64,000 bases of DNA. It comes from Syntrophales bacterium. GTDB taxonomy: Bacteria; Desulfobacterota; Syntrophia; Syntrophales; UBA6807. The DNA lies in contig JAXGPA010000002.1 in NCBI GenBank assembly GCA_040767195.1, positions 288,001-352,000 on the forward strand. The letters run 5' to 3'. Positions 43,791 to 53,057 of this stretch are shown piece by piece. Under the pieces are notes generated by a model. The model was given only the letters and a program-made list of their open reading frames with translations, did not search any database and was not told the origin of the DNA. The position numbers were made by a program, and so were the translations under genes. Position 1 is the first letter of the stretch, and each line of letters begins with the position of its first letter.

Positions 43791-46541
43791 TCACGGGGGA
43801 TCACCCGTTTCCGCTCCTGATGGGGCCGCCGGCTGTTCCCTTTTCCGCCGCCTCCTCTGGATCAGATAAATGGACAGGAGAATCACGAATCCAAAAATAT
43901 CGGTATAGATTTCCGGAAAGAAAAGACCCGCCGCGGCAATCCCCATGACGACCCGTTCCATTCCGGTCAACTTGTCTTTCAGGTAGCCGATGACCGTCGA
44001 ACCGAGAGCGATGACGCCCATGATGAGGGTGGCGAGGATCTCCAGGAAATGGAACGTGTCAAAAGGTACGGACGGGTCCAGCAGGTGGGGAAGCCACAGG
44101 ACGATGGGCGCTGACACGAAGATGAAGGGAACGCAGAAACCCGCCGAGGCCAGCCCGAAAGCGGTGAACCCCGTCTTGAAGGGATTGGCCCCCGATATGC
44201 CCGAGGCGGCGTAGGCCGCCAGGGCGACGGGAGGGGTCACGTCGGCCAGGACGGCGAAGAAAAGGACGAACATGTGGGAAACGAGGGGGTGTATCCCCCA
44301 TTCCAGGAGGGCCGGGGCGGCGATCATGGAGGCGATGATGTACTGGGCCGTCGTGGGAATGCCCATTCCGAGAACGAAGCAGGCCACGGCCGTGAGAACG
44401 AGGGTGAAAAAGAGCGCTACGGAGCCGACGTTTATGAAATGAAGGATGTCGACGCTGGTGATCAGGTAAGCGATGCTGTGGGACAGCTGGATGATGGCGG
44501 CGGCGAACTTGAGCCCCAGGCCCGTCAGGGTCGTCGCCCCGACGATGAACCCGATGCAGGCGCAGGCGGCCCCGATGGCCAGGGCGTTTTTCGTCCCCAG
44601 TTCCAGGGCTTCCAGGATGTCGGGAATGCGCATGCCGCTTTCCTTGTAAAAAACCCCGATGGCGATGACCGACAGGGCCGACCAGAACGCCGCCAGGGAG
44701 GGCTCCAGGTGAAAATATAAAAGGCCCGTGAGGACGGCCATGGGAACAAGCCCCAAAAACCGGGAGACAGGCGCCGTCCGGCTCCAGGTAACGGCGTAGC
44801 CGAGGACGGCGAGGCCGATCCAGGCCATGAGGAGCAGGGAAAGCCCGTCCAGGGGGTTGATCCGCAGAAGAACGGAAGGAATGGAGAGGAAAACGGGAAC
44901 CACGAACGGCAGGGTCTTTCCGTGGATCTGACCGACGGCCACGGCGTAGATGATGCCCCAGAAGGCGGCGAGGAAGGGGCTGCTCCCCGTGATGAGAAGG
45001 AAAACGATGATGAAAAGCGGCATGAGGAGTAGCCATCTCTCCCGGAGGACCTTTCCAAGCCGGGGAAGCCGTTCCCGGGGAATCCCCTTGAGTCCCCGCT
45101 TTTTCGCCTCCAGGTGCACCATGGTCCCCACGGCGAAGAAATAGAGAAGGGCGGGCACGATGGCGCAGGCGGCGATTTTTATATAGGGGATCCCGAGAAA
45201 TTCCGCCATGATGAAGGCGGCGGCCCCCATGATGGGGGGCATGAGCTGGCCTCCCGTGGACGAGGCGGCTTCGACGGCACCGGCGAACTGGGGCATATAC
45301 CCCACCCGTTTCATGAGCGGTATGGTGAAGGCGCCGGTGGTCACCGTGTTGGCGATGGAACTCCCGCTGATGGACCCGAGAAAGCCGCTCGATATGACGG
45401 ACACCTTGGCGGGCCCCCCGGAGGACCAGCCGGCGATGGCCATGGCGATGTCCATGAAAAGCTGCCCCAGGCCCGTCTTGGAGATGAAGATCCCGAAAAG
45501 GACGAAATGAAAAACGAAGGTGGCCACGACACCCAGCGGAATGCCGTAGATCCCCTCGGTGCCCAGGTACATGTGCTCGATGATCCGGGAAACGGAATAG
45601 CCCCGGTGGGCGAAGAAATCGAGGCCCGGGATGTCGAGAAAATAGGGGCCGAGATAGCAGTTGATGAGGACGAAAAAGGAGATGAGGGGAAGGGGCGGCC
45701 CGATGCTTCGGCGGGCCCCTTCGAGAACGAGAAGAATGGCGAAGGCGCCGACGATGAGGTCCATTTCCGACGGAAGGCCCGCCCGGAAAACGAGGGTATT
45801 GAATTCGACGAAGATGTAGACGGAAACCCAGGAGGCCATGAGGGCGAAGAACACGTCGAAGTAAGGGACCTGGTCGGATTCGCAGGGAAAAGGCCTTCCC
45901 CGAAACATTCCATAGAGGCCCCGAAGCCACTGGGTGAGAAAAAGCAGGGTGATGCTGAGGAAAATGCCGAAGAGAAGGACGCTCCAGAAGATCAGGGTAA
46001 GGTTGGGGTCTCTGAAAATCTGGGAAAACGCAACGTGCTGCCAGGATAAATACCCGCCGTAACCCATCCCCGCCACGAGGAGGGCGTTGATGAGACAATC
46101 CACCGGGGCGAGCCATGAAAAAGCAAGAAATTCCCTCCGCTTGAAGTAAACGATGAGGGAAAAGAACAGGGCGCCGAGGGCCAGGGCCTTTGCCGTGGAC
46201 AGGTGAAAAATTTCCCAGAAGAGAGCGGTGCAGACAGACGTTCCGATAAGACCGTAAACGATGTCGTAAAAAAGATATTTCCTCGATTCCGTGCCGGACT
46301 TTCTGATGGCGTAGAAGAAGTAGACCAGGGGAAGGACGAAGGCGAGATGAAAGGACCGGTGACGCCATTCCTGGAGAACCCCGAACCCGGCCGTGTAAAT
46401 GTGGAAGATGGAAAGAATCAGGGTCATGATGAAGGCGAGCTTCAGGGTGATCCCGGCGAACTGGCGAAACCGGAATTCAGGGTCGTATTTGGCGATCTCC
46501 TCGATATGGCCGGATATGGATACTTTATCCTGAAGTTCCAA
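43791..46541 (-). CDS. TRAP transporter fused 4TM/12TM permease (TAXI-associated)
   Basis: GGPAKVSV.SS, GSS.AN, TG.FTIPLMK, EAASSTGGQLMPPIMGAAAF, LGMGIPTTA.Y, VTPPVALAAYAA. Confidence 0.92.
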   Translation of the reverse strand: MELQDKVSISGHIEEIAKYDPEFRFRQFAGITLKLAFIMTLILSIFHIYTAGFGVLQEWRHRSFHLAFVLPLVYFFYAIRKSGTESRKYLFYDIVYGLIGTSVCTALFWEIFHLSTAKALALGALFFSLIVYFKRREFLAFSWLAPVDCLINALLVAGMGYGGYLSWQHVAFSQIFRDPNLTLIFWSVLLFGIFLSITLLFLTQWLRGLYGMFRGRPFPCESDQVPYFDVFFALMASWVSVYIFVEFNTLVFRAGLPSEMDLIVGAFAILLVLEGARRSIGPPLPLISFFVLINCYLGPYFLDIPGLDFFAHRGYSVSRIIEHMYLGTEGIYGIPLGVVATFVFHFVLFGIFISKTGLGQLFMDIAMAIAGWSSGGPAKVSVISSGFLGSISGSSIANTVTTGAFTIPLMKRVGYMPQFAGAVEAASSTGGQLMPPIMGAAAFIMAEFLGIPYIKIAACAIVPALLYFFAVGTMVHLEAKKRGLKGIPRERLPRLGKVLRERWLLLMPLFIIVFLLITGSSPFLAAFWGIIYAVAVGQIHGKTLPFVVPVFLSIPSVLLRINPLDGLSLLLMAWIGLAVLGYAVTWSRTAPVSRFLGLVPMAVLTGLLYFHLEPSLAAFWSALSVIAIGVFYKESGMRIPDILEALELGTKNALAIGAACACIGFIVGATTLTGLGLKFAAAIIQLSHSIAYLITSVDILHFINVGSVALFFTLVLTAVACFVLGMGIPTTAQYIIASMIAAPALLEWGIHPLVSHMFVLFFAVLADVTPPVALAAYAASGISGANPFKTGFTAFGLASAGFCVPFIFVSAPIVLWLPHLLDPSVPFDTFHFLEILATLIMGVIALGSTVIGYLKDKLTGMERVVMGIAAAGLFFPEIYTDIFGFVILLSIYLIQRRRRKREQPAAPSGAETGDPP

Positions 46542-46576
46542 GAAGCTGCCTTTTCACCTTTCTTCCGGTCCTTATT

Positions 46577-47098
46577 CTACGGTCCCTGGACCAGAACCTT
46601 CATTTCTTCGACTCCCCAAAGGACGAGTGGCACCCTTCGCAGGGTGATCTCCAGGAGGGTGTTTCCCGCGAGAGCGGGAAGGGCGATGGTCTCATGGGGC
46701 CCGAGTTTGAGGGCGTTTTCGTAATCTTCATGGACCCACAGGCGCATCCGGGAAAGGACCCGGTTCATGCCCGTCACCCGGAATCCCGCCCCATCGCTCA
46801 CAAAAACCTCCTCTCCCTCGACACCGCTGGGAAGGCCGGTGTTGCAGGAGGAAAATGCCGTTTCTTCCAGGTGAAACCGCAGGTCTTCGCCGATCCTGAA
46901 AAACTCATGGACGGGGCTTTTCTCCACCGAGTGGAGGTACACCGTTTCCATGGCGTCCCCGGCGGACACCTTTCCCACCCAGACCACCCGGTTTTCCCGG
47001 GGCGCCCGGATCTGGAGCACCGTGACCGGTGTCAGGAAAAAAACAAAAAAAAAGCGAGCAGGAAAAGGACTCCCCAGAATTTCATAAAAACTGGGCAC
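46577..47098 (-). CDS. DUF1850-family TAXI-TRAP accessory protein (N-terminus probably frameshifted; see findings)
   Basis: YLHSVEKSPVHE.F, F.S..TGLP; lies between the TAXI binding protein and the permease. Confidence 0.7.
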   Translation of the reverse strand: MPSFYEILGSPFPARFFFVFFLTPVTVLQIRAPRENRVVWVGKVSAGDAMETVYLHSVEKSPVHEFFRIGEDLRFHLEETAFSSCNTGLPSGVEGEEVFVSDGAGFRVTGMNRVLSRMRLWVHEDYENALKLGPHETIALPALAGNTLLEITLRRVPLVLWGVEEMKVLVQGP

Positions 47099-47117
47099 CG
47101 TCGGAAACGGTGCCCAG
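47086..47117 (-). terminator. Terminator-like hairpin after the TAXI binding-protein gene
   Basis: CTGGGCACCGT-TTCCG-ACGGTGCCCAG followed by T5. Confidence 0.65.
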
Positions 47118-47146
47118 TCACCTCCATCGGTAAGGGTCCGTCAGGG

Positions 47147-48172
47147 CTACTTGATCATCCCTTTTTCCTTGTAATACATGGCGGCCCCGGGATGAAGAGG
47201 AATGGCCATCCCCTTCAGGGCCGTCTCGAGGGTCACGTCCTTGCCCTTGGCGTGGGCGGCGGCCATGATCTCCGCTCCGCTCGGGGCCTCGGCGGCGACG
47301 GCGCCGGCTTTCCGGAGAACGAAGGTGCCCTTTTCCCACAGGGCTTTTGTCAGGTCATAGACCACATTTTTTGGAACCTGGTTGTCCACGACCCACTGGG
47401 CCATGGTCGTGATGGTGTTTACATCGGCCTCGGCCCCCTTGTAAGTGCCCGCGGGAATCGTGATTTTCGCGTAGAAGGGGTACATCTTGACGAGCCTGGC
47501 GATGGTTTCATCATCCAGGGGAACGACCACGATATCGGAGGTCGTCGCCAGCTCGGTGATGGCCGACGTCGGCCATCCGGCGGTGATGAAGGCCACGTCG
47601 CCCTGCTTGTCTTTCAGGCGCTGGGCGGCACCGGCGAAGCTGAGCCAGTCCACGCTGGCGAAATCCTCATAGGTGAGCCCCAGGGCCGTCAGAACATTCA
47701 GGCAGTCCACTTCCGTTCCGCTGCCGCGGTCGCCGGGGATCAGCCGTTTGCCCTTGATGTCCCTGATGGTCTTGATGCCTGAATCGGCGGAGGCGACGAT
47801 CTGGATCGTCTCGGGGTAGAGGGAGGCGATTCCCGTGATGTTCTCCACCGGTTTGCCCTCGAACTGGGCCGTGCCCGTATAGGCGGCGTAGGCCACGTTG
47901 TTCTGGACGAAGGCGGACTCCACCTCGTGCTCCCGGATCAGGTTGCAGTTCGCCACGGAGGCGTTGGCCGACTGGGCAGTGGCTATGATGTAGGGAATTT
48001 TGTCGTTCAGGGCCTGGGCCAGGACACCGCCCAGAGGATAATAGGTCCCCCCCGTCCCGCCCGTGGCGATGGCGAAGAACTGTTTTTTCGCCGCTATGGA
48101 ATGCCCGGCGAAAGCCACAGACATGGCCACGAGGATCGCAATGGCGAAAACAACATACCGTTTTTTACGCAT
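47147..48172 (-). CDS. TAXI-family TRAP solute-binding protein
   Basis: Signal peptide; IATGGTGGTYYPLGG, ASLYPETIQIV, GSGTE, IPAGTY, PLHPGA..YYKE. Confidence 0.93.
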   Translation of the reverse strand: MRKKRYVVFAIAILVAMSVAFAGHSIAAKKQFFAIATGGTGGTYYPLGGVLAQALNDKIPYIIATAQSANASVANCNLIREHEVESAFVQNNVAYAAYTGTAQFEGKPVENITGIASLYPETIQIVASADSGIKTIRDIKGKRLIPGDRGSGTEVDCLNVLTALGLTYEDFASVDWLSFAGAAQRLKDKQGDVAFITAGWPTSAITELATTSDIVVVPLDDETIARLVKMYPFYAKITIPAGTYKGAEADVNTITTMAQWVVDNQVPKNVVYDLTKALWEKGTFVLRKAGAVAAEAPSGAEIMAAAHAKGKDVTLETALKGMAIPLHPGAAMYYKEKGMIK

Positions 48173-48270
48173 ACCCTTCCTCCTTTTCTTCTCTTATTCA
48201 TCCTATTGAAAGATCGAGGGCGCCGGGAATTCGACCCCGCCGTTTCCCCGCTCTTCGCGAACTGATGTGA

Positions 48271-48299
48271 AAGGTAAAATATTTACCGCCGATTGTCAA
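48271..48299 (-). promoter_or_regulatory. TAXI operon promoter with palindromic operator
   Basis: TTGACA-17-TACCTT; palindrome GGTAAA-ATA-TTTACC (48273-48287) overlaps the -10 element. Confidence 0.5.
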
Positions 48300-48341
48300 T
48301 GCATTTTAGGGAAATAGGCATCACGGAACGTTTCGGGGACT

Positions 48342-49034
48342 TCAGAGAGCCTCCCGCCAGCCGAAGGCGAGATCGTCTTCCCGATGACCCTCGGCGAGGA
48401 GCGCTTCCAGTTCCCGCCGGCAGGCCTCGAAGGCCTCCCGATCCATCCGCGGCGGGACGTCGAAGGGCCGGCCGCACCGGAGGCGGACCCGGCTGAAGGG
48501 TTTCGGAACGAGAAACCGGTCCCAGCTGTTGAAACGCCAAGCCCGGCTCATGGAAATATAAACGGGCAGGACGGTAGCCCCGGAAAGCCTCGCCAGCTCG
48601 ATGATCCCCGCCTTGACGACCCCTTTCGGACCCTGGGGGCCGTCCACGGCGTGGGCGGCGAGGGAACGGTCCCGAAGCCCTTCGAGCAGTTCCCGGAGGG
48701 CTTCCCGGCCGCCCCTGGAACTGGAGCCCCGGACGGGCTCAAGGCCCAGGCGGCTCACGACCCCGGCGATGAGATCGCCGTCCCGGCTCCGGCTGATCAT
48801 GACGAGGGCCCGATAATCCCTGAAGTTCCTCGCGTAGTTGAGAATGCCGAAAAAGCGCTGGTGCCAGAGAGGGATGATGACTTTACGGCCGTCCCGGAGA
48901 ACCCCCAGGAATGTCTCCTCATTTTCCACGGAATATCGAATCGTGAGGAAATAGGCATTTAGAAGAAGGTAGAGTGACGGAATGAGAATCTTTTTTGCCA
49001 GGGAACCGGCGGAAAGCCTGACCAGGGGTTTCAT
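48342..49034 (-). CDS. DUF374 / lysophospholipid acyltransferase family (LpxJ-like)
   Basis: LWHQR, MISRSRDGD, VRGSSSRGG, VDGPQGP, SWDRFLVPKPFS. Confidence 0.85.
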   Translation of the reverse strand: MKPLVRLSAGSLAKKILIPSLYLLLNAYFLTIRYSVENEETFLGVLRDGRKVIIPLWHQRFFGILNYARNFRDYRALVMISRSRDGDLIAGVVSRLGLEPVRGSSSRGGREALRELLEGLRDRSLAAHAVDGPQGPKGVVKAGIIELARLSGATVLPVYISMSRAWRFNSWDRFLVPKPFSRVRLRCGRPFDVPPRMDREAFEACRRELEALLAEGHREDDLAFGWREAL

Positions 49035-49142
49035 CCATCCACCCGTTGAGTTTCATTGGTCGACACTGTATAACGGAACGGAAAGAATCTCAAGACGGGA
49101 GACCGACAGGGCCTTCAGGAAGACGACGTTACCCGGTTCGCA

Positions 49143-50126
49143 ATGAAAGACGCAGTCACCAGAAAAAAAACAAGGGCCGCCCTCCTGTCGGTTTTTTCCA
49201 ACGGGTGTCTCGTCTTTCTAAAGATCGTCGTCGGTGTGGCCATCGGCTCCGTGTCGGTCCTTTCCGAGGCCGTTCACTCCGCCGTCGACCTCCTGGCCGC
49301 GTGCATCGCCCTTTTCGCCGTCCGGACCTCGGGCAAGCCGGCGGACCGCGACCACCCCTTCGGTCACGGCAAGGCGGAGAGCATCGCCGGAACGGTGGAA
49401 GCCCTTCTCATCTTTCTCGCCGCAGGCTGGATCGTCTACGAATCGGCGCAGAAACTCCTTCACCCCGCCCCTGTCGAAGCCCCCTTCTGGGGGGTGGCCG
49501 TCATGCTCCTCTCCGCCATTCTCAACACCGCCGTCTCGGGCCTGCTCTTCAAAGTGGGAAAGGAAACGGAATCGGTCGCCCTCCTGGCCGATGCCTGGCA
49601 CCTGAGAACGGATGTCTGGACCTCTCTCGGGGTCATGGGAAGCCTGGCGGTCATATGGGCCGGCGGCCTCTTTTCTCCCGGCATACCCCTTCACTGGCTC
49701 GATCCCGTGGCAGCCGTGGCCGTGGCTCTCCTCATCATCCGGGCCGCCTTCCGGCTCACCGCGGAATCCCTCCGGGACCTCATGGACGTGAAGCTTCCGG
49801 CGGAGGAGGAGGAATGGATGCGAAGCCTCATCCTGGAACATCGGGACGTGGTGAAAGGATACCACAAGTTCAGAACCCGCCGGGCGGGAGACGCCCGGTT
49901 CGTGGAATTTCACATCAAGGTGGACCCCCACATGACCGTGGAGGCCTCCCACGATGTGGGCATGGAGATGTCCGTCGCCATCCGGAGAAAATTCCCCGGG
50001 TCCAGCGTGACCGTTCACGTGGAGCCCTGCGACGGCCGCTGCACGAAAAAATGCCTTGCCGGATGTTTTCTCGACGAGAATACCCGCGAATCCATTCATA
50101 AAACAAACAAACAGGGACGTCCTTAA
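49143..50126 (+). CDS. Cation diffusion facilitator (FieF-like) metal exporter
   Basis: SEAVHSAVD, DHPFGHGKAE, ADAWHLRTD, HVEP; six TM segments. Confidence 0.9.
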   Translation: MKDAVTRKKTRAALLSVFSNGCLVFLKIVVGVAIGSVSVLSEAVHSAVDLLAACIALFAVRTSGKPADRDHPFGHGKAESIAGTVEALLIFLAAGWIVYESAQKLLHPAPVEAPFWGVAVMLLSAILNTAVSGLLFKVGKETESVALLADAWHLRTDVWTSLGVMGSLAVIWAGGLFSPGIPLHWLDPVAAVAVALLIIRAAFRLTAESLRDLMDVKLPAEEEEWMRSLILEHRDVVKGYHKFRTRRAGDARFVEFHIKVDPHMTVEASHDVGMEMSVAIRRKFPGSSVTVHVEPCDGRCTKKCLAGCFLDENTRESIHKTNKQGRP

Positions 50127-50214
50127 ATATTTCAATAACTCAACTTTCGCACATGCTTGCTATAGGGAACCGGTTGACCCTCTTCAACGGGGAACCCGGA
50201 CGATCCGTCCCCGG

Positions 50215-51945
50215 TCATGCCTTATGAAGCCGCCGGAGCAGGGTTTCCAGGGGAAGGGCGTTGAGGATGTGTTTTTGCTCCGCCCAGCCCCGGCGGGCCT
50301 GGGCGATCCCGTATGCGACGGTCTCCAGCTGATCGAGCCTGTGGGCATCGGAATTGACGACCATGGCGACACCGGTCTCCCGGGCCCGGCGGATGTTTTC
50401 GTCGCTCAAGTCGAGCCTTTCATGCCAGGCATTGATCTCCAGGGCAGTCCCCGTCTTCGCCGCCATCTCGAGAATTTTTCCAAGGTTCACCGCATAGGCG
50501 TCCCGCCGCTTCAGCAGCCTCCCCGTGGGATGGGAGAGGATGTCCACATGGGGATTTTCAAGGGCCCGGATCACCCGCTTCGTCATTTCGTCCTCCGCCA
50601 TTTTGAAATGGGAGTGTATCCCGGCGATGACGAAATCGAGGGCCGCCAGGGCCTCGTCATCGATGTCCAGGGAACCGTCCGCCAGAATGTTCGCCTCGCA
50701 CCCCTTGAGAACCCGGAAAGACCGGCCCGCCGCCTGTAACGTCCCGTTCAGGCGGTCGATGGCCCCGTTTCTCTCGGAGAGCCTTTTTTCGTCAAGCCCC
50801 CTCTCGATGCGAAGATACTTCGTGTGATCCGCGATTCCCACATAGGCATAGCCCATGTCCATGGCCGCTTCGGCAATGTCCTCGATGGAATCGGCACCGC
50901 CGTCCCAGTCGCTGTGGACATGAAGATCCCCCCGAAGGTCCTCCCGGCGGACCAGGCGGGGCAGTCGGCCCGACAGGGCGGCTTCGATCTCCCCCCGGTT
51001 CTCCCGGAGTTCCGGAGGAATCCAGGGAAGGCCCAGTTTTTCGTAAACCGCCTCTTCCGTTTCCCCGGCCACCGCTTCCGATTGACGAAAGAGCCCGTAT
51101 TCGCTCAGCTTGTATCCCTTTTCCAGGGCCATTTTTCGCAGCGCGATGTTGTGGTCCTTCGATCCGGTGAAATACTGGAGCGCCGCCCCGTAACTCTCCG
51201 GGGGAACGACCCGCAGATCCGCGTCGATGCCCTCCTTCATCCGGACGGAAGATCGGGTCTCCCCCCGCCCCCACACCCGGACGACCCCCGGAAGGGTGAC
51301 GAACCGTTCCATCACCGGCCCGGGATTCCCCGAGACGGCGAGAAAGTCCAGATCCCCTATGGTTTCACGCCATCTCCGGAGTGAACCGGCCGTCTCGACC
51401 TTCTCCACCTCTTTGAGTTCCCGCAGGGATTCCAGGATGCCCCGGGCCAGGGGAATCACCTCCCCCAGAAGAAACCGCCCCCTGTCGTGCTTGAGGAAAA
51501 CGACGCCTTCGAGAAGCATCCGTTCCGTCTTCTCACCGAAGCCCGGAAGAGGGGCGATCCGGCCGGCCCTTGCCGCCGCTTCCAGTTCCTCCAGGTTGGT
51601 GATTCGAAGACTTTCATAAAGCACCCTGGCCCTTCGGGGGCCCAGCCCTTCCACCCGGACCAGCTCGTCCAGTTCGACGGGCATCTTCTTCTTCAGCTCA
51701 TCGTAATACCCGAGCTTTCCTGTGGTCAGATACTCTTCGATCTTCTTCGCGATGTTCTCGCCCACCCCGGGCAGACCTTTCAGGGCCTTGACGCCACCCT
51801 GCCGGTACAGGGCGGCCACGTCCCCTTCCAGGGATTCCAGCACCAGGGCCGCCTTTTCATAGGCGTAGGGTTTGAAGCGGACCCCCTCCATTTCCAGGTA
51901 CTCCGATATTTCACGAAAAATTTTCGCCAGCTCCCGGTTCTTCAT
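50215..51945 (-). CDS. polX: DNA polymerase X / PHP 3'-5' exonuclease
   Basis: GSLRR..ETIGDLD, DLRVV, YFTGSKDHN, WIPPELRE; PHP motifs DLHVHS, HPTGR, SDAH. Confidence 0.93.
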   Translation of the reverse strand: MKNRELAKIFREISEYLEMEGVRFKPYAYEKAALVLESLEGDVAALYRQGGVKALKGLPGVGENIAKKIEEYLTTGKLGYYDELKKKMPVELDELVRVEGLGPRRARVLYESLRITNLEELEAAARAGRIAPLPGFGEKTERMLLEGVVFLKHDRGRFLLGEVIPLARGILESLRELKEVEKVETAGSLRRWRETIGDLDFLAVSGNPGPVMERFVTLPGVVRVWGRGETRSSVRMKEGIDADLRVVPPESYGAALQYFTGSKDHNIALRKMALEKGYKLSEYGLFRQSEAVAGETEEAVYEKLGLPWIPPELRENRGEIEAALSGRLPRLVRREDLRGDLHVHSDWDGGADSIEDIAEAAMDMGYAYVGIADHTKYLRIERGLDEKRLSERNGAIDRLNGTLQAAGRSFRVLKGCEANILADGSLDIDDEALAALDFVIAGIHSHFKMAEDEMTKRVIRALENPHVDILSHPTGRLLKRRDAYAVNLGKILEMAAKTGTALEINAWHERLDLSDENIRRARETGVAMVVNSDAHRLDQLETVAYGIAQARRGWAEQKHILNALPLETLLRRLHKA

Positions 51946-51960
51946 GGCGCGATCCCCCGT

Positions 51961-52857
51961 TCAGGTTGTCCGGACATAGCGGCCGCCCCTCTCCTGAACC
52001 CGCCCCTGTTTTATTAGACGCTCCAGGTGTTTCCCCATGAGGGCGCCTTCGGCGAATTCATAGAATTGAACGGGTTCCCGGGGCTTGCCATAGGCGATCC
52101 AGGCCTGGACGATCTCCCCGAACGTCCGGGGTCGGGAGAGGAAGGCCAGAAGCTTCCTTTCCCGCTCGTGGACGACGTCCTCATAGCGGTCCCAGAGGGA
52201 ACCCGGCGGATTTTCGAGAATCCCCCTCTCGTGACTGGCGATCCACAGGGAAGCATCGGTGTTCCGCAACCGCCGGATGGAGGAGAGGGTGTCCTCGATG
52301 CTGGAGCGGGCATCGCCGTACCAGGGACCGAAATCGGACAGGTCGTAGTCGCCGAGAAATAGAATCCCGCTACGGCGGAACAGGAGGGACACGTGGCCCG
52401 GCGTGTGGCCCGGTGTTGCAAGAACCTGGACGGTGTCGCCCCCCACGTCGCAGGTGTCTCCTTCCCGAAAGAAAAAAGACGGAACCCGGGGACGGAAACG
52501 GAACCGGTCGACGAAAACGCGGCCCCAGTAAGTCCGATCGGTGGGATCCGTGATGCCGTATCTGTCCAGGAGACCTTCCAGGCTTTTCATGGGCGGCGCA
52601 TCTTCTTCGGAAATCCCGATGGGCAGGTGTTCGAAGAGATCCAGGTCGGCGAAGTGATCCTCGTGGAAGTGGCTGAGCCAGACCGTCCGGACGGCTCCCC
52701 GGTCCCGGAGATCGGCCAGGCAGGCCCGGTCGGAGGCGGGATCGATGACGATCCCCGCTTCCTCTATGTAGAGAGAATTGCAGAAGGGATAGCGGCCCCC
52801 CCGCTCGCCGGGGACGAACAGGACCGGTCCGAAACGTGTTGTTCCGCCATTCTTCAC
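51961..52857 (-). CDS. MBL-fold metallo-hydrolase with C-terminal winged helix (start uncertain)
   Basis: SHFHEDH, TPGHTPGH, GDYDL..FGPWY, SHE, KHLERL. Confidence 0.8.
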   Translation of the reverse strand: MKNGGTTRFGPVLFVPGERGGRYPFCNSLYIEEAGIVIDPASDRACLADLRDRGAVRTVWLSHFHEDHFADLDLFEHLPIGISEEDAPPMKSLEGLLDRYGITDPTDRTYWGRVFVDRFRFRPRVPSFFFREGDTCDVGGDTVQVLATPGHTPGHVSLLFRRSGILFLGDYDLSDFGPWYGDARSSIEDTLSSIRRLRNTDASLWIASHERGILENPPGSLWDRYEDVVHERERKLLAFLSRPRTFGEIVQAWIAYGKPREPVQFYEFAEGALMGKHLERLIKQGRVQERGGRYVRTT

Positions 52858-53057
52858 CGGACCACTGTGCTCCTTTTCTTTCAAGCCGTTTCCAGGAAAG
52901 CGGAAAAAAATACCCGACCATGAGAGAGGCGGCCACGGGCGAAGCCTTCGGGGACAGAACAACCGGATTCACGGGCGGTCGTGGCGGCTCCCGGGACGGG
53001 GACGAAAAAGAGGTTTCCCCTCTCCAGGCGGACCGTATTCCGTATTCTTTGAGCTTC

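Noticed and set aside
44059..46368. 769-aa alternative-frame ORF within the TRAP permease gene
   Set aside because: Arg/Pro/His-rich off-frame translation typical of high-GC hydrophobic genes
50215..51945. polX as a marker of a mobile element or defence island
   Set aside because: Catalytic motifs are ordinary and there is no integrase, att site, transposase or compositional shift nearby
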